A DNA stretch of 64,000 nt from an uncultured Bacteroidia bacterium (lineage in GTDB: Bacteria; Bacteroidota; Bacteroidia; Bacteroidales; CAJPTX01): NCBI GenBank assembly GCA_947252645.1, contig CAMXWF010000006.1:64697-128696 (forward strand), written 5' to 3'. Under the pieces are notes generated by a model. It did no database searches. It had not been told where the DNA came from and saw only the letters and a program-made list of their open reading frames with translations. Both the position numbers and the translations under genes were made by a program. Shown in pieces: positions 1 to 9,645 of this stretch; position 1 is the first letter of the stretch, and each line of letters opens with the position of its first letter.

Positions 1-277
1 GGTTGCAGCCCTCTACGCATCCAACCCAGCTAAGCTCCTCAGCGTGGCCAATCGGGGCAGTATTGCGCCGGGCTACTGGGCTGACCTGGTGATAGTGTCG
101 CGACACAACGAAGCCCTCCCTGCGCAGCCAGTGCTAAGCAAGTGCGGATGGAGCCCCCTGGCCTCGGAGCACTACCACCACACCATCGAGGCGACGCTGG
201 TGAACGGACAGCTAGCCTACTGCGCCAATCAGGTGGTGGGGCAGCCGCAGGGGCAGCCGCTCAGCTACGCCCGTTAG
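1..277 (+). CDS. Amidohydrolase, dihydroorotase-like (C-terminal fragment; the gene starts left of the window)
   Basis: The frame is open from the window edge to the stop at 277. The tail GSIAPGYWADLVIV...SKCGWSPL resembles the C-terminus of dihydroorotase-type amidohydrolases. Confidence 0.55.
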   Translation, partial: VAALYASNPAKLLSVANRGSIAPGYWADLVIVSRHNEALPAQPVLSKCGWSPLASEHYHHTIEATLVNGQLAYCANQVVGQPQGQPLSYAR

Positions 278-1485
278 GCCTTCCCCTGCTCGCTGCTAGG
301 CTTGGCCTTTTGCTGCTGCAGGCGGCCTTTGTGCTGATTGCGCCGCCTATTCCGGTTCTGGTTCTGGCGTTTGGGACGGTCGAAGCGGGTGATGTTTTCC
401 TCAACGATGACGTTGTCGAAGCTGGAGACCTCGGGCGCGGCCTCAGGTTCGGGGAGGCGTAGGTCTTCGAGCGGGGCGCCTTTCTTGCCCTCGGCGTTGA
501 GGGCCATCACGCGGCGCACCTCAGCCACGGAGAGCATGACCAAGTTACTCGTAGACTTGGGCTCAGGGGCAAACCACATGATCTGGCGGAAGAGATCGTT
601 CTTTACGTAGTAGAGCTGCATGTCCTCCAGCTGCAGGGGAGCCTTGACCGTGGGCATATGGCGTCGGGCATCGAGGTAGGCCTCCAGCTCGAAGTTGAGG
701 CAGCATTTGAGCTTGCCGCATTGCCCGGCGAGCTTCTGGATGTTGCCGTAGAGTTCCTGGGCCTTGATGGTGGCGGTGGTGACGGAGCGGATCTCCATTT
801 TCCACCGGGAGCAGCACAGGCACTGTCCGCAGGGCCCCATACCGCCCAGAAGCACCGCGCCCTGCCGAGGGCCTATCTGGCGCATCTCAATGCGCACGTG
901 CAGCTCTGCGGCCAGGGAGCGCACGAGTCCACGAAAGTCTACCCGAGACTCGGCGTTGAAGTAGAAGGTGGCCTTTTTGCCATCGCCCTGGAACTCCACG
1001 TCGAGGATTTTGATGGGCAGCTCCATGCGCTCCGCAAGGCCACGGGCAAGGAACATGGTGGAGGCCTCTTGGGAAATGCACTCAATCCATTTTTCCACGT
1101 CGTTGGCATTGGCGTGGCGGTAGACCTCCATGGGGGGGGCGGGCCTGTCGGCCTGGGTGCGCACGTACTCGCGCCAAGCGAGCCAGCCCGTCAGGGCCAC
1201 TGCGCCCACATCGCGCCCAGAGGGCACGGCCACCGTCACGAGGTCATCGGTCTGGAGGGGCAGACGCTGCGCATTCACAAAGTAATCGTAGCGCTTGTTC
1301 TTGAATTGCACTAGCACCACCGGCAAGGCATTGCTCGGCAACTGATGCATGCGCCCCCAGTCGTAAAGACGCAAGCTGTGCTGCGCGGCGCTATCGAGCG
1401 TATATACCTCTTGGTTGTCGCGGCGTGCAATCCGACCGCGGGAACACTCCCTATAGTCCATACCCCTTCCCTCGCGGATGGCCAT
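274..1485 (-). CDS. PSP1 domain protein (YaaT/RicT-like) with a basic low-complexity C-terminal tail
   Basis: The ORF is 274-1533. The Cys-rich core GGMGPCGQCLCCSRW...GQCGKLKCCLNFE is typical of the PSP1 C-terminal domain. I placed the start at the first in-frame ATG (1485, MAIREG; 1461 is the alternative) downstream of a TACCTTTG box at 1506-1513 that lies inside the longest ORF. Confidence 0.8.
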   Translation of the reverse strand: MAIREGRGMDYRECSRGRIARRDNQEVYTLDSAAQHSLRLYDWGRMHQLPSNALPVVLVQFKNKRYDYFVNAQRLPLQTDDLVTVAVPSGRDVGAVALTGWLAWREYVRTQADRPAPPMEVYRHANANDVEKWIECISQEASTMFLARGLAERMELPIKILDVEFQGDGKKATFYFNAESRVDFRGLVRSLAAELHVRIEMRQIGPRQGAVLLGGMGPCGQCLCCSRWKMEIRSVTTATIKAQELYGNIQKLAGQCGKLKCCLNFELEAYLDARRHMPTVKAPLQLEDMQLYYVKNDLFRQIMWFAPEPKSTSNLVMLSVAEVRRVMALNAEGKKGAPLEDLRLPEPEAAPEVSSFDNVIVEENITRFDRPKRQNQNRNRRRNQHKGRLQQQKAKPSSEQGKA

Positions 1486-1505
1486 TGACCACCGCCATCC
1501 TCCCA

Positions 1506-1513
1506 CAAAGGTA
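1506..1513 (-). promoter_or_regulatory. Candidate Bacteroidota-type -7 box (TACCTTTG) for the PSP1 gene
   Basis: The minus strand reads gtttACCTTTGtggg and matches TAnnTTTG. It sits about 20 nt upstream of the ATG at 1485. Confidence 0.35.
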
Positions 1514-1555
1514 AACAAAAAGACCATCAGCACAGCCCATACTGGCAGAAAAGGC

Positions 1556-1563
1556 TATATTTG
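1556..1563 (+). promoter_or_regulatory. Candidate -7 box (TATATTTG) for the DUF4254 gene
   Basis: The sequence ggcTATATTTGcc matches TAnnTTTG and ends 25 nt upstream of the ATG at 1588. Confidence 0.4.
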
Positions 1564-1587
1564 CCAAGGAAGTAAGCACACAGGGCC

Positions 1588-2196
1588 ATGAGCTTTAGTA
1601 CGCACTGCAATCGACTGTTTTGGGATGTGGTGATAGACTACCACGTGAGCGACAACGTTGACACCCCCATCGAAAACCCCTACCCGCAGGGGACAATGGA
1701 TCACGACCTCTACCAGAAGGCGTGGGGCGACGCGGTGCAGTGGCACCTAGAAGACCTGATAAGAGACCCAAAGATAGCCCCAGAGGAGGCCTTGGCCCTC
1801 AAGCGGCGCATCGACCAGGCCAACCAGACCCGCACGGAGATGGTGGAGGCCCTCGACAGCTACTTCTACACGAAGTTCCACCAGGTGGAGGCCAGTCCCA
1901 ACGCCACGCTCAACACGGAGAGCCCAGCCTGGGCACTGGATCGACTGGCCATACTCACCCTCAAGATATACCACATGCAGGTAGAGGCCGTACGGCTGGA
2001 TGCCTCGGCTGAGCATAGGGCCCAGTGCCAAAGGAAGCTCAACGTGCTGCTCGAGCAGCGGGTCGACCTCTCCACGGCCATCGACCAGCTCCTCGAGGCC
2101 TACGCCGCAGGCACCAAGCGTATGAAGATGTACAAGCAGATGAAAATGTACAACGATCCTACCCTCAATCCCGTGCTCTACCGAGAGCAGCGGTAG
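1588..2196 (+). CDS. DUF4254 domain protein
   Basis: The 202-aa product contains YHV.DNVD, WGDAVQWHLEDLIRDP, SPAWALDRLAILTLKIYHM and a C-terminal KQMKMYND..LNPVL. This is the pattern I recall for DUF4254, which usually sits next to GT9 heptosyltransferases, as it does here. Confidence 0.75.
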   Translation: MSFSTHCNRLFWDVVIDYHVSDNVDTPIENPYPQGTMDHDLYQKAWGDAVQWHLEDLIRDPKIAPEEALALKRRIDQANQTRTEMVEALDSYFYTKFHQVEASPNATLNTESPAWALDRLAILTLKIYHMQVEAVRLDASAEHRAQCQRKLNVLLEQRVDLSTAIDQLLEAYAAGTKRMKMYKQMKMYNDPTLNPVLYREQR

Positions 2197-2217
2197 GGTC
2201 TCGCTAGGACATTCCCC

Positions 2218-3288
2218 ATGCCTACGCATCGCGCAGATGCCCCCAAGCCTCCACGTCGCGTGCTGGTGTTACGCCTGTCTGCGCTGGGCGATGTGGTGAT
2301 GATGCTGCCCCTGCTGCGCCAGGCCGCAGAGAGCTACCCAGAGGTGGAGTGGGTGGTGGTTTCCCAGGCGCACGTGGCCACGCTCTTCAGCGCGCTGGAG
2401 CGTGTGCGCTTCATCCCGGCCTACACCCATGGCGCCCATAAAGGCCTCCGTGGCCTATGGCAGCTGGCCAAAACCATCCATGCAGCAGGCCCCTACGAGG
2501 GGGTGGCCGACATGCACTCCGTGTTGCGGGCGTGGATCATTTGCCTCTTCCTACGTCTACTAGCACTACCCCACCACCTACAACTGGCGCATATCGACAA
2601 AGGGCGGCGCGGCAAGCGCGCGCTCTGCCGTGCGCACCATAAGCTCCTTCAGCCGCAGACTCACTCCATGATCCGCTATAGCAATGTGTTGGCGCAATTG
2701 GGATTCCTCGTCAACGTGCCCAAATGCTCCCATCTGATACCTCAACACCATGACCTGCCCCACATCCTAGAGCTGCTTGCGCCGTGCCGCGACTGGGTAG
2801 GCATAGCGCCCTTCGCTAAGCACGCAGGGAAGATGTATCCGCTGGCGTATAGCCTAGCGGTGGCCCAGCAGCTCTACGCGCGGGGCTACGGGCTTTGCCT
2901 CTTCGGGGCGGGCAACGAGGAGTCCCGCGTGCTGGAGGCATGGCATGAAAGCATGCCGCGAAGTATCAACGTGGCCGCGCTCCACAAAGGCCTTGACTGG
3001 GAAGTGGCCCTGATGCAGCAGCTGGAGGTGATGTTCACCATGGACTCAGCCAACCTGCATCTGGCCTCCTGGGCAGGCATCCCCGTGGTCTCCTTCTGGG
3101 GGGCTACGCACCCCTACGCGGGCTTCTACGGATGGGGACAAGCCCCGCAGCACTCCCTAGGGCGGCAAGACCTCGACTGTCGCCCCTGCTCTGTCTACGG
3201 TAATAGGCCCTGTAGACGGGGCGACTATGCCTGTAAGCAGATGCCCCCGGCACGCATTGTGGAGGTCATGCTCTCGGCCATAAAATAG
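2218..3288 (+). CDS. Glycosyltransferase family 9 (LPS heptosyltransferase-like)
   Basis: The 356-aa product has the N-terminal motif RVLVLRLSALGDVVMMLPLL typical of GT9 and a C-terminal Cys-rich tail. Confidence 0.75.
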   Translation: MPTHRADAPKPPRRVLVLRLSALGDVVMMLPLLRQAAESYPEVEWVVVSQAHVATLFSALERVRFIPAYTHGAHKGLRGLWQLAKTIHAAGPYEGVADMHSVLRAWIICLFLRLLALPHHLQLAHIDKGRRGKRALCRAHHKLLQPQTHSMIRYSNVLAQLGFLVNVPKCSHLIPQHHDLPHILELLAPCRDWVGIAPFAKHAGKMYPLAYSLAVAQQLYARGYGLCLFGAGNEESRVLEAWHESMPRSINVAALHKGLDWEVALMQQLEVMFTMDSANLHLASWAGIPVVSFWGATHPYAGFYGWGQAPQHSLGRQDLDCRPCSVYGNRPCRRGDYACKQMPPARIVEVMLSAIK

Positions 3289-3315
3289 TAACTTGGCCCC
3301 CAATAGGCGTTTAGC

Positions 3316-4179
3316 ATGAGCATCAACGACACCACGCCCCCCGCGCCTGAGAGGCCCGAGGCTCGCCACTTAGGCCATCGCTCTCCACTGCCCGACCGCT
3401 ACGACCCCACCTTGCTGGTTCGCGTGGAACGCCAACTGGCCAGAAAAGCCAACCGAGTGGACACCTCCAGCTCTCCCTTCGAGGGCTTCGACGTTTGGCA
3501 CGCCTACGAGGTAGCCTGCATGCAGCAAGCCGGACTGCCCATCGAGGGGATTCTCAAGGTGATCTACCCTGCCAGCAGCCCCTACATCGTGGAGAGCAAG
3601 TCGCTCAAACTCTACCTCCACTCCCTCAACAACGTCGCCATGGGCTTTACCCGCCCCGCGTGCATTGCACAGCTCGTCAGCACCGTGCAGCAAGACCTAC
3701 GCCTGCTGCTCAAAACCGATGTGCGGTGCCAATTCTTCGACCACTACACCGCACCATGCGACTTTGAGGGGTGGCAACCCTACGAAACCGCTACCCCCAC
3801 AAGCGCAGCCCAAGAGAATGCACTCGACCACGAGCTACACTTCCACACTCGCCTGCTGCGCAGTCGTTGTCGCGTGACTGGGCAACCAGATTGGGGCAAT
3901 CTCTACGTACACATGCAGGGCGAAAAGCTCCCGCACCCCCAAGAGCTACTCCAGCAGGTCGTTGCGCTACGCAATGGCTTCCACTTCCACGAAGAGATCT
4001 GCGAACTGCTCTACAGCGCGCTCTACCAGAAATACCTCCCTGCGCTTCTAACCGTATGCACCCTCTACACGCGGCGCGGGGGGATCGACATCAACCCCTG
4101 CCGAACAAACAACCTCAACGACCTTCCCCAGGGCCTCACAGACCTCAACGCACTGACGCATCCCTCGTGGCGACAGTAA
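3316..4179 (+). CDS. queF: NADPH-dependent 7-cyano-7-deazaguanine reductase, two-domain (type II) form
   Basis: The 287-aa product contains IVESKSLKLYLHSLNN and CRVTGQPDWGNLYV, which are hallmark QueF motifs. Confidence 0.85.
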   Translation: MSINDTTPPAPERPEARHLGHRSPLPDRYDPTLLVRVERQLARKANRVDTSSSPFEGFDVWHAYEVACMQQAGLPIEGILKVIYPASSPYIVESKSLKLYLHSLNNVAMGFTRPACIAQLVSTVQQDLRLLLKTDVRCQFFDHYTAPCDFEGWQPYETATPTSAAQENALDHELHFHTRLLRSRCRVTGQPDWGNLYVHMQGEKLPHPQELLQQVVALRNGFHFHEEICELLYSALYQKYLPALLTVCTLYTRRGGIDINPCRTNNLNDLPQGLTDLNALTHPSWRQ

Positions 4180-7100
4180 ACGCCACGGGGACCAAGGCCT
4201 CTCTCTGCCCGCAACCCTTGCCCTGCGGGCGCATCCTGCGGGCGCATAGCTGGTTATGGTGGCTGCGCGCCCTCCTGCCCACAGCCCTCCTCCTGCTGCC
4301 TAGGCAGCTGCCCGGCCAAAGCATCAGCAATGCCCTAGCCACCGATACCATCGCCTATAGCTTTTCAGCGGCCGCACTGCTCGGCGGGCAGAATGCCGAC
4401 AGTGCCCTGATCCCTTTCCAGCCGTTCACCAAACACCCTGCCCCGGCGGCTGTTCCGCCCCCCTTTACCATCCACGGCATGGCCGAGCGCAATATTGGTA
4501 CGGGCGGCAACTCTCAAAATCCGCGCGGGGGCATGACCGACTTGACCATCGAGGGCCCGCTCTACCACGGCATCCGCACCACCATCCGCATCGCCGACCA
4601 AGCTCTGCCCTTCCAGCCTCAAGGCACAAGCCAAGAGCTGCGGCTCCTCAATGAACTCTACATCCACATCTACGACTCCTCCTGGCGCCTAGAGGCCGGC
4701 GATATCCGCATCCAAGCACAGCAAAACCACTTCCTCCTATTCACCCAACAAGCACGTGGACTCCTAGGCCGCGTGGCCCTGCGCACAAAGCACCATGGGC
4801 GTATCCGCCTACATGCCGCCTTCGGCCTCCCCAAGGGGCAAGTGATGAGGGTGTCGCTCGCCCCTATCGAAGGCGTGCAGGGCCCCTACGAACTCCAAGG
4901 CCATAGAGCCTTCACGCGGGTAGTGGTGCTGGCCAACTCCGAGCGGGTCTACCTCGATGACCAACTCCTGCAAAGAGGACTTGACCACGACTACACCATA
5001 GACTATAACCTCGGCACCATTACCTTCACGGCTCGCTGCCCCATTAGCTCCCGCAGTCGCATCGCAGTTGAGTATGAAACGAGCCAATCGCCCTACCAGC
5101 AGCTCGGCGGCCAGCTAGCACTCCAAGGCCAATGGCGCAACGGATGGTCCATGGCGCTGGGGGGCGTGGTAACCATGGAAACAAAGACGAACTCTCCGCG
5201 CGCACCGGGTAGCACACCACAAGCCCTTTTCCCCGAAACGCTCCTAGGAATTTCGTCTGGGGAAATGGCGGAGAATAGGACCTCCTACCAGCTACGCGAC
5301 ACCACCGTGGACGGACAGCGCTACCAGATCTACGTTCCTACGACCGCAGGAACACCGTCGTCGCAGGGACTAGCGGTCCCATTCAGCTACGTGGGGCCAA
5401 ACCAGGGCAATTACATCTCCACGCAGGGCAACAACAACCAGCAGCTCTTCCTATGGGTAGCCCCCAAGATGGGTACGCCCCAGGGCAGCTATATGCCCTC
5501 CACGGAAAAGCAACAAGCCCCACGCAGCCACCTACTGCTTGAGGCCACGCTAGGCAAAGCATGGCGCGACAGCGCTACGGGAGTGGCCTTCACCGGCGCA
5601 TACTCCCTACAAGGAAGCAAGACCCGCCAGGCTGGGGGTGGCTACCTGCAGGGCGGCGCACTCCTGCTCAGGCATCACGCCCTCCTCATGCAACGCCCCA
5701 ACTCGAAGCTCTCGCTACAAGCGCAAGCACAATGGGTACACAGGGCGTTTAGGGCCTTCCTCCCCTTCGTCCCTACCCCCATGGCGCACCAGTGGGGGCT
5801 ACACGATAGTCTCTTGGCGCATGATTTCGCTGATGCCTCCATCTCCATACTGCAGCGCACGCCCCAAGGACACTGGCGCATAGCGACACAGGGACTCGCA
5901 CGTCCCGCGCTCCTAGGGGGGGCAGCTAGCCTAGAGCAACAGCACCGACTCGGCCGCTGGTCGCTCGACAACGTCATAAAAACCTCACTAGTACGCCTCC
6001 AAACCACAAGATACCATCAGGGCTCAGTCGCTAGCAACGTGGCCCACCACTGGCACTACGCAACCCTAGGCAGCTGCACCAAGGCCGAATGGAAACAGCA
6101 GCTCACCCCCGGCAACAAAGACCTCCCCCAAGACTTCGCCACGCTCACGGGGGGGCTATATACCTGTCTACACGACTCCACGCGCTACTCCACGCGCCTC
6201 GATGTGCTCTATGAGCAGCGGTGGGACACGCTCCACAACAAGCTCACCCCCAGCAGCTCTGCGCTCCTAACCAAGCTGGAGGGTCGCATAGGACTTCCAG
6301 GGGCCGGGACTCTAAGTGCCACCTTGGGCTACAAGCACTTCCTCTCGGTAGCTGACGCATGGCGCAGCCTAGGGCGCAACCACTTCTTGGGCAACCTCTC
6401 GCTCCAGCTCCCCCTATGGGAGCATCGCGTAGGCCTCGCGCTCCTGACGCAGCTACGGGGGGAGACCGTCCAACGGTGGCAGCTGCACTACATCCCAGTC
6501 CCAGTGGGCCAAGGCCAGTATGCTTGGCTAGACCTCAACCGCGACGGCGTAGCCCAGCTCAACGAATTCGCCCCCGCGCAGCACCGCGACCAAGCCTGCT
6601 ATTCCCTACAGTACGTGCCAAGCACCAACAAAACCATGGCCACTGCCGGCGAAAGCCACCTCACGCTTCAGATATCGCCCCGCGCACGGCAACAACCCAT
6701 CGACTCCTCCACCGATTGGTGGCTGCGCTGGGACATCCACCTAGCACTCTCCGCCAGCACAAAAAGAACCGACAACCAATGGTACCTCGCGCCTCTCCCA
6801 TGGCTACCTCAAGACACAAGCTGCTGCCCAGAAGGCGCCTCTACGCTCCAGGCCCAACTCCTGCTCAACCACCACGCCAAGCCCATAGGCCTCACCTACG
6901 CCTACGTACGCACAAAAAGCCATCAGCTGCTTGCGCAAGGCCTACAGGCTTTTGGACGGAGTGCCCATTCCATCGCCCTCGAAACGCCAGTAATCCACGG
7001 CTGGTGCTCGCTGCTAAGCCTCCTCTTAGCCCATGAGCAGCGACTGCAACCCTACCACAGCAGCCAAATGGTGCGGGTCAAGCGCCTAGAACTCTCTGCC

Positions 7101-7472
7101 TCCATCGCCTACGAAACTAGCAAGCACGCTGTGCACCAGCTCACCGCGCAGTTCAATACCTACCTGCAGGAAAAACAAAACCGCGCGCGCGTCCAATCGT
7201 ATGGCTATAGGCTCGAATGCCCATTCGGCGACAAATGGCAAGCCCATCTCAGCGTCACCTACGCGCACGCTGATGCCACGAACCCAGGGAACAACGCCCT
7301 CAGCTACGAACTCCTACAGGGTCTAGGTAAAGGGCACAATGGACTCCTAGAGGCGCAACTACGCTATAAGATTACCCGATACCTCACTGGGGGGCTGACA
7401 TACTCATTCCGGAAAAACCAGCTCAGCCCAGCAGTACACAGCGGCTACATCCAACTACAGGCCAGCTTCTGA
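4167..7472 (+). CDS. Large (~1100 aa) predicted outer-membrane beta-barrel protein, function unknown
   Basis: The ORF is 3771-7472, but its first ~400 nt overlap queF in another frame. A signal-like segment WLWWLRALLPTALLLLPRQLPGQS follows the in-frame GTG at 4167 and TTG at 4218, and there is no in-frame ATG nearby. The product ends ...YIQLQASF (terminal aromatic residue) and has alternating beta-strand-like composition. Confidence 0.6.
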   Translation: MATVNATGTKASLCPQPLPCGRILRAHSWLWWLRALLPTALLLLPRQLPGQSISNALATDTIAYSFSAAALLGGQNADSALIPFQPFTKHPAPAAVPPPFTIHGMAERNIGTGGNSQNPRGGMTDLTIEGPLYHGIRTTIRIADQALPFQPQGTSQELRLLNELYIHIYDSSWRLEAGDIRIQAQQNHFLLFTQQARGLLGRVALRTKHHGRIRLHAAFGLPKGQVMRVSLAPIEGVQGPYELQGHRAFTRVVVLANSERVYLDDQLLQRGLDHDYTIDYNLGTITFTARCPISSRSRIAVEYETSQSPYQQLGGQLALQGQWRNGWSMALGGVVTMETKTNSPRAPGSTPQALFPETLLGISSGEMAENRTSYQLRDTTVDGQRYQIYVPTTAGTPSSQGLAVPFSYVGPNQGNYISTQGNNNQQLFLWVAPKMGTPQGSYMPSTEKQQAPRSHLLLEATLGKAWRDSATGVAFTGAYSLQGSKTRQAGGGYLQGGALLLRHHALLMQRPNSKLSLQAQAQWVHRAFRAFLPFVPTPMAHQWGLHDSLLAHDFADASISILQRTPQGHWRIATQGLARPALLGGAASLEQQHRLGRWSLDNVIKTSLVRLQTTRYHQGSVASNVAHHWHYATLGSCTKAEWKQQLTPGNKDLPQDFATLTGGLYTCLHDSTRYSTRLDVLYEQRWDTLHNKLTPSSSALLTKLEGRIGLPGAGTLSATLGYKHFLSVADAWRSLGRNHFLGNLSLQLPLWEHRVGLALLTQLRGETVQRWQLHYIPVPVGQGQYAWLDLNRDGVAQLNEFAPAQHRDQACYSLQYVPSTNKTMATAGESHLTLQISPRARQQPIDSSTDWWLRWDIHLALSASTKRTDNQWYLAPLPWLPQDTSCCPEGASTLQAQLLLNHHAKPIGLTYAYVRTKSHQLLAQGLQAFGRSAHSIALETPVIHGWCSLLSLLLAHEQRLQPYHSSQMVRVKRLELSASIAYETSKHAVHQLTAQFNTYLQEKQNRARVQSYGYRLECPFGDKWQAHLSVTYAHADATNPGNNALSYELLQGLGKGHNGLLEAQLRYKITRYLTGGLTYSFRKNQLSPAVHSGYIQLQASF

Positions 7473-7622
7473 TAGCCTCACCCTCCCCTACCCCGATGTG
7501 GGGGGAAGAATGGCCAGCGCTAGGGGAAAGCAAGTGCCAGGTACAAAGCGAGCCAGCCTTGGCGTGGCTGGCTCGGGGAAAGCTTGGGGCATTAGGGGTG
7601 CTAGCGCATTAATGCCATGCTT

Positions 7623-9422
7623 CTAGCGCAGGCTACGGACCGCACGGGCACGGTGATACTCAAATCTAGCAGTGCTTTTCGTCCCATCGCTAAAATTGAG
7701 CACCTCGTAATCATCATCTAATGTGGAAGTACTCGACCAATAGATATCGTCACTAAAGCCAACTATGTCTGCCCGCTTTTTGTAGAGTGTTTCCAACTCT
7801 CCTATCGAAGGTAACCTCCAGTCACTAAAACCTGCGAACACCACTTCATCGCACAGCTTATCGGCATGATAATGATCTTGGCCTGCAGTAATGTCTTGAT
7901 TCATCACCATGAGATTATCGGACCTAAGGATCACAATGTACTTCTCTAGAGCCATTTCTGTCCTGAACTTCTGCGTTGTTCCGTATGTCACACCCCCTGC
8001 GTGCTTGGCGTAGGCTCTTACATAGTAGGAGGTTTCATCCGTCAACCCAGAGACTTCAACGCTGAAGGCCCCACTTGTGCCAGCAACGACCACCGTTGTG
8101 GTTGCGCTGGGATCATCGTCCAGAGAGGGCTCTGCTTGTAGCTGCGCGTAGACAAAACCGCGCTCGGTGAAGGGCGGTTCGCCTGCGTAGACTATTTCCG
8201 CATTGAGCCTGGCGGTGGTCGTGGTAATGTGTGTTGGCTTTTTTGTACTCACAACGGGCAGGCCCGTGACCTCAAAACTAACCTCGTCTCCGTATACCAC
8301 TCCGCGACTATTCTTAGCATACGCCCGCACGTAGTAGGTGCCTTTCTGCAGGGCGCTCAGGGAAGCGGTAAATAGGTTGTTATACCCAAGAGAAAGAGAC
8401 CCTTTTACTACCAAACCATCTGTTAGGGGACTCGGGTGGTTGGCGTAGTAGAATCCATATTCAGACGGCGCAGGGCTGCCATGTAATTCAAAGTAACTGC
8501 CCAATACTACAGAACTCCCCGTGACAGCGGATTCTGCTTCGTGCACTGTCATCGTGTTTAGCCGGGCTAAGGCAACATCGCACCTCACCCGCTTGCCCAG
8601 CTCTGCGTTCACGGAAGCCTTGGAATCCTTATAATCGTATTTTTGCACCACCACATCGTAGCTTCCCCCTTTCTCAAGTTTGCTGAACGCATAATTACCG
8701 CGGTTCGCGTAGGTGTCTGCAATCAAAACGCCGCTCGAAAACAGCTTTACTGTTGCCTCCAATGGATACCCTTCAGCCGCATCTGTCACCTTGCCGTAAA
8801 TGCTGGTTTGAGGGGTTTGAGGGGTCAACACAATATCGAAATGAACCCTTTGCTCCTGCTGCACGATCACCTTGGCGGTGTAATCTTTATATCCATTTGC
8901 AGCAATCTTTACCGTATATATTTTGGGATGAACTGGCTTGAACTCATAGCTGCCATCGTCGGAGGTGCGAGTGCTCAACAGCAGGGCCCCCTCGCTATAC
9001 AAGCAAACCATCGCTGCTCGCAGAGGCTCCCCCGTAGACGCATCGACTACCACGCCGTAGATACTGCTTTTTGGGGTGGGGCCGGCCGCAGAGAGCAATG
9101 CGATATCGCATCTGGCTTGGCGCCCAGATTCTACGGTCACTGCCGCCGCAAAATCCTTGTACCCGACTTTCTTTACCCCAACCGCATAGCTGCTTCCAGG
9201 AGCCAAATCCTTGAACTCGTAGTGTCCATCATCGTACGTAACGGTACTCAATAGGAGCTCGCTACCCGTATACAGCTGCACCTGCGTGCCCCGCATGGGC
9301 TCAGCACTTTGCGCATCGACCATTACACCGTAGATACTACCTTTTTCCTGCTCGTTCTTACAGGAAGTGAGAAGCAGTGTGAGCGTAAGTATTGCTAGCA
9401 ATAGGGATATGGTTTTATTCAT
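7623..9422 (-). CDS. Multidomain lipoprotein: three carboxypeptidase-regulatory-like domains, Fn3/Ig-like repeats and a C-terminal DUF1566 (Lcl-like) domain
   Basis: The start is set at MNKTISLLLAILTLTLLLTSCKNE (lipobox). SIYG(V/K)(M/V)(V/T)DA...EP/YPL...V.L(Y/F) modules occur three times. The C-terminus FSDWRLPSIGELETLY...YWSSTS matches the DUF1566 pattern. Confidence 0.75.
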   Translation of the reverse strand: MNKTISLLLAILTLTLLLTSCKNEQEKGSIYGVMVDAQSAEPMRGTQVQLYTGSELLLSTVTYDDGHYEFKDLAPGSSYAVGVKKVGYKDFAAAVTVESGRQARCDIALLSAAGPTPKSSIYGVVVDASTGEPLRAAMVCLYSEGALLLSTRTSDDGSYEFKPVHPKIYTVKIAANGYKDYTAKVIVQQEQRVHFDIVLTPQTPQTSIYGKVTDAAEGYPLEATVKLFSSGVLIADTYANRGNYAFSKLEKGGSYDVVVQKYDYKDSKASVNAELGKRVRCDVALARLNTMTVHEAESAVTGSSVVLGSYFELHGSPAPSEYGFYYANHPSPLTDGLVVKGSLSLGYNNLFTASLSALQKGTYYVRAYAKNSRGVVYGDEVSFEVTGLPVVSTKKPTHITTTTARLNAEIVYAGEPPFTERGFVYAQLQAEPSLDDDPSATTTVVVAGTSGAFSVEVSGLTDETSYYVRAYAKHAGGVTYGTTQKFRTEMALEKYIVILRSDNLMVMNQDITAGQDHYHADKLCDEVVFAGFSDWRLPSIGELETLYKKRADIVGFSDDIYWSSTSTLDDDYEVLNFSDGTKSTARFEYHRARAVRSLR

Positions 9423-9645
9423 GGCTCTTTGTCTTTTACACGTGAACTGGTAACCTAACTGCCACCCCAAGCAGGGCATCATGGTGTAGAGGCAGAGTAG
9501 CCCGCCCTATGCGCCACGATGGCGTACTGCTCGGGATTGGCTTGATGAACTTTAGCCATCGGTCGATCCTCAGGGGCTGCGGGTTGCCCCTGGGGGCTGC
9601 GCTGCGCGCTGGCGATCGTGGGCTTCTTGGCATCTGAACGGCAAT

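Noticed and set aside
3771-4166. The 5' extension of the 1233-aa ORF, starting at the ATG at 3771 and overlapping queF
   Set aside because: It lies entirely inside the well-supported queF frame and is Pro/Arg/Ala-rich, which is typical of an off-frame read of GC-rich coding DNA. The signal-peptide-like segment appears only after 4167.
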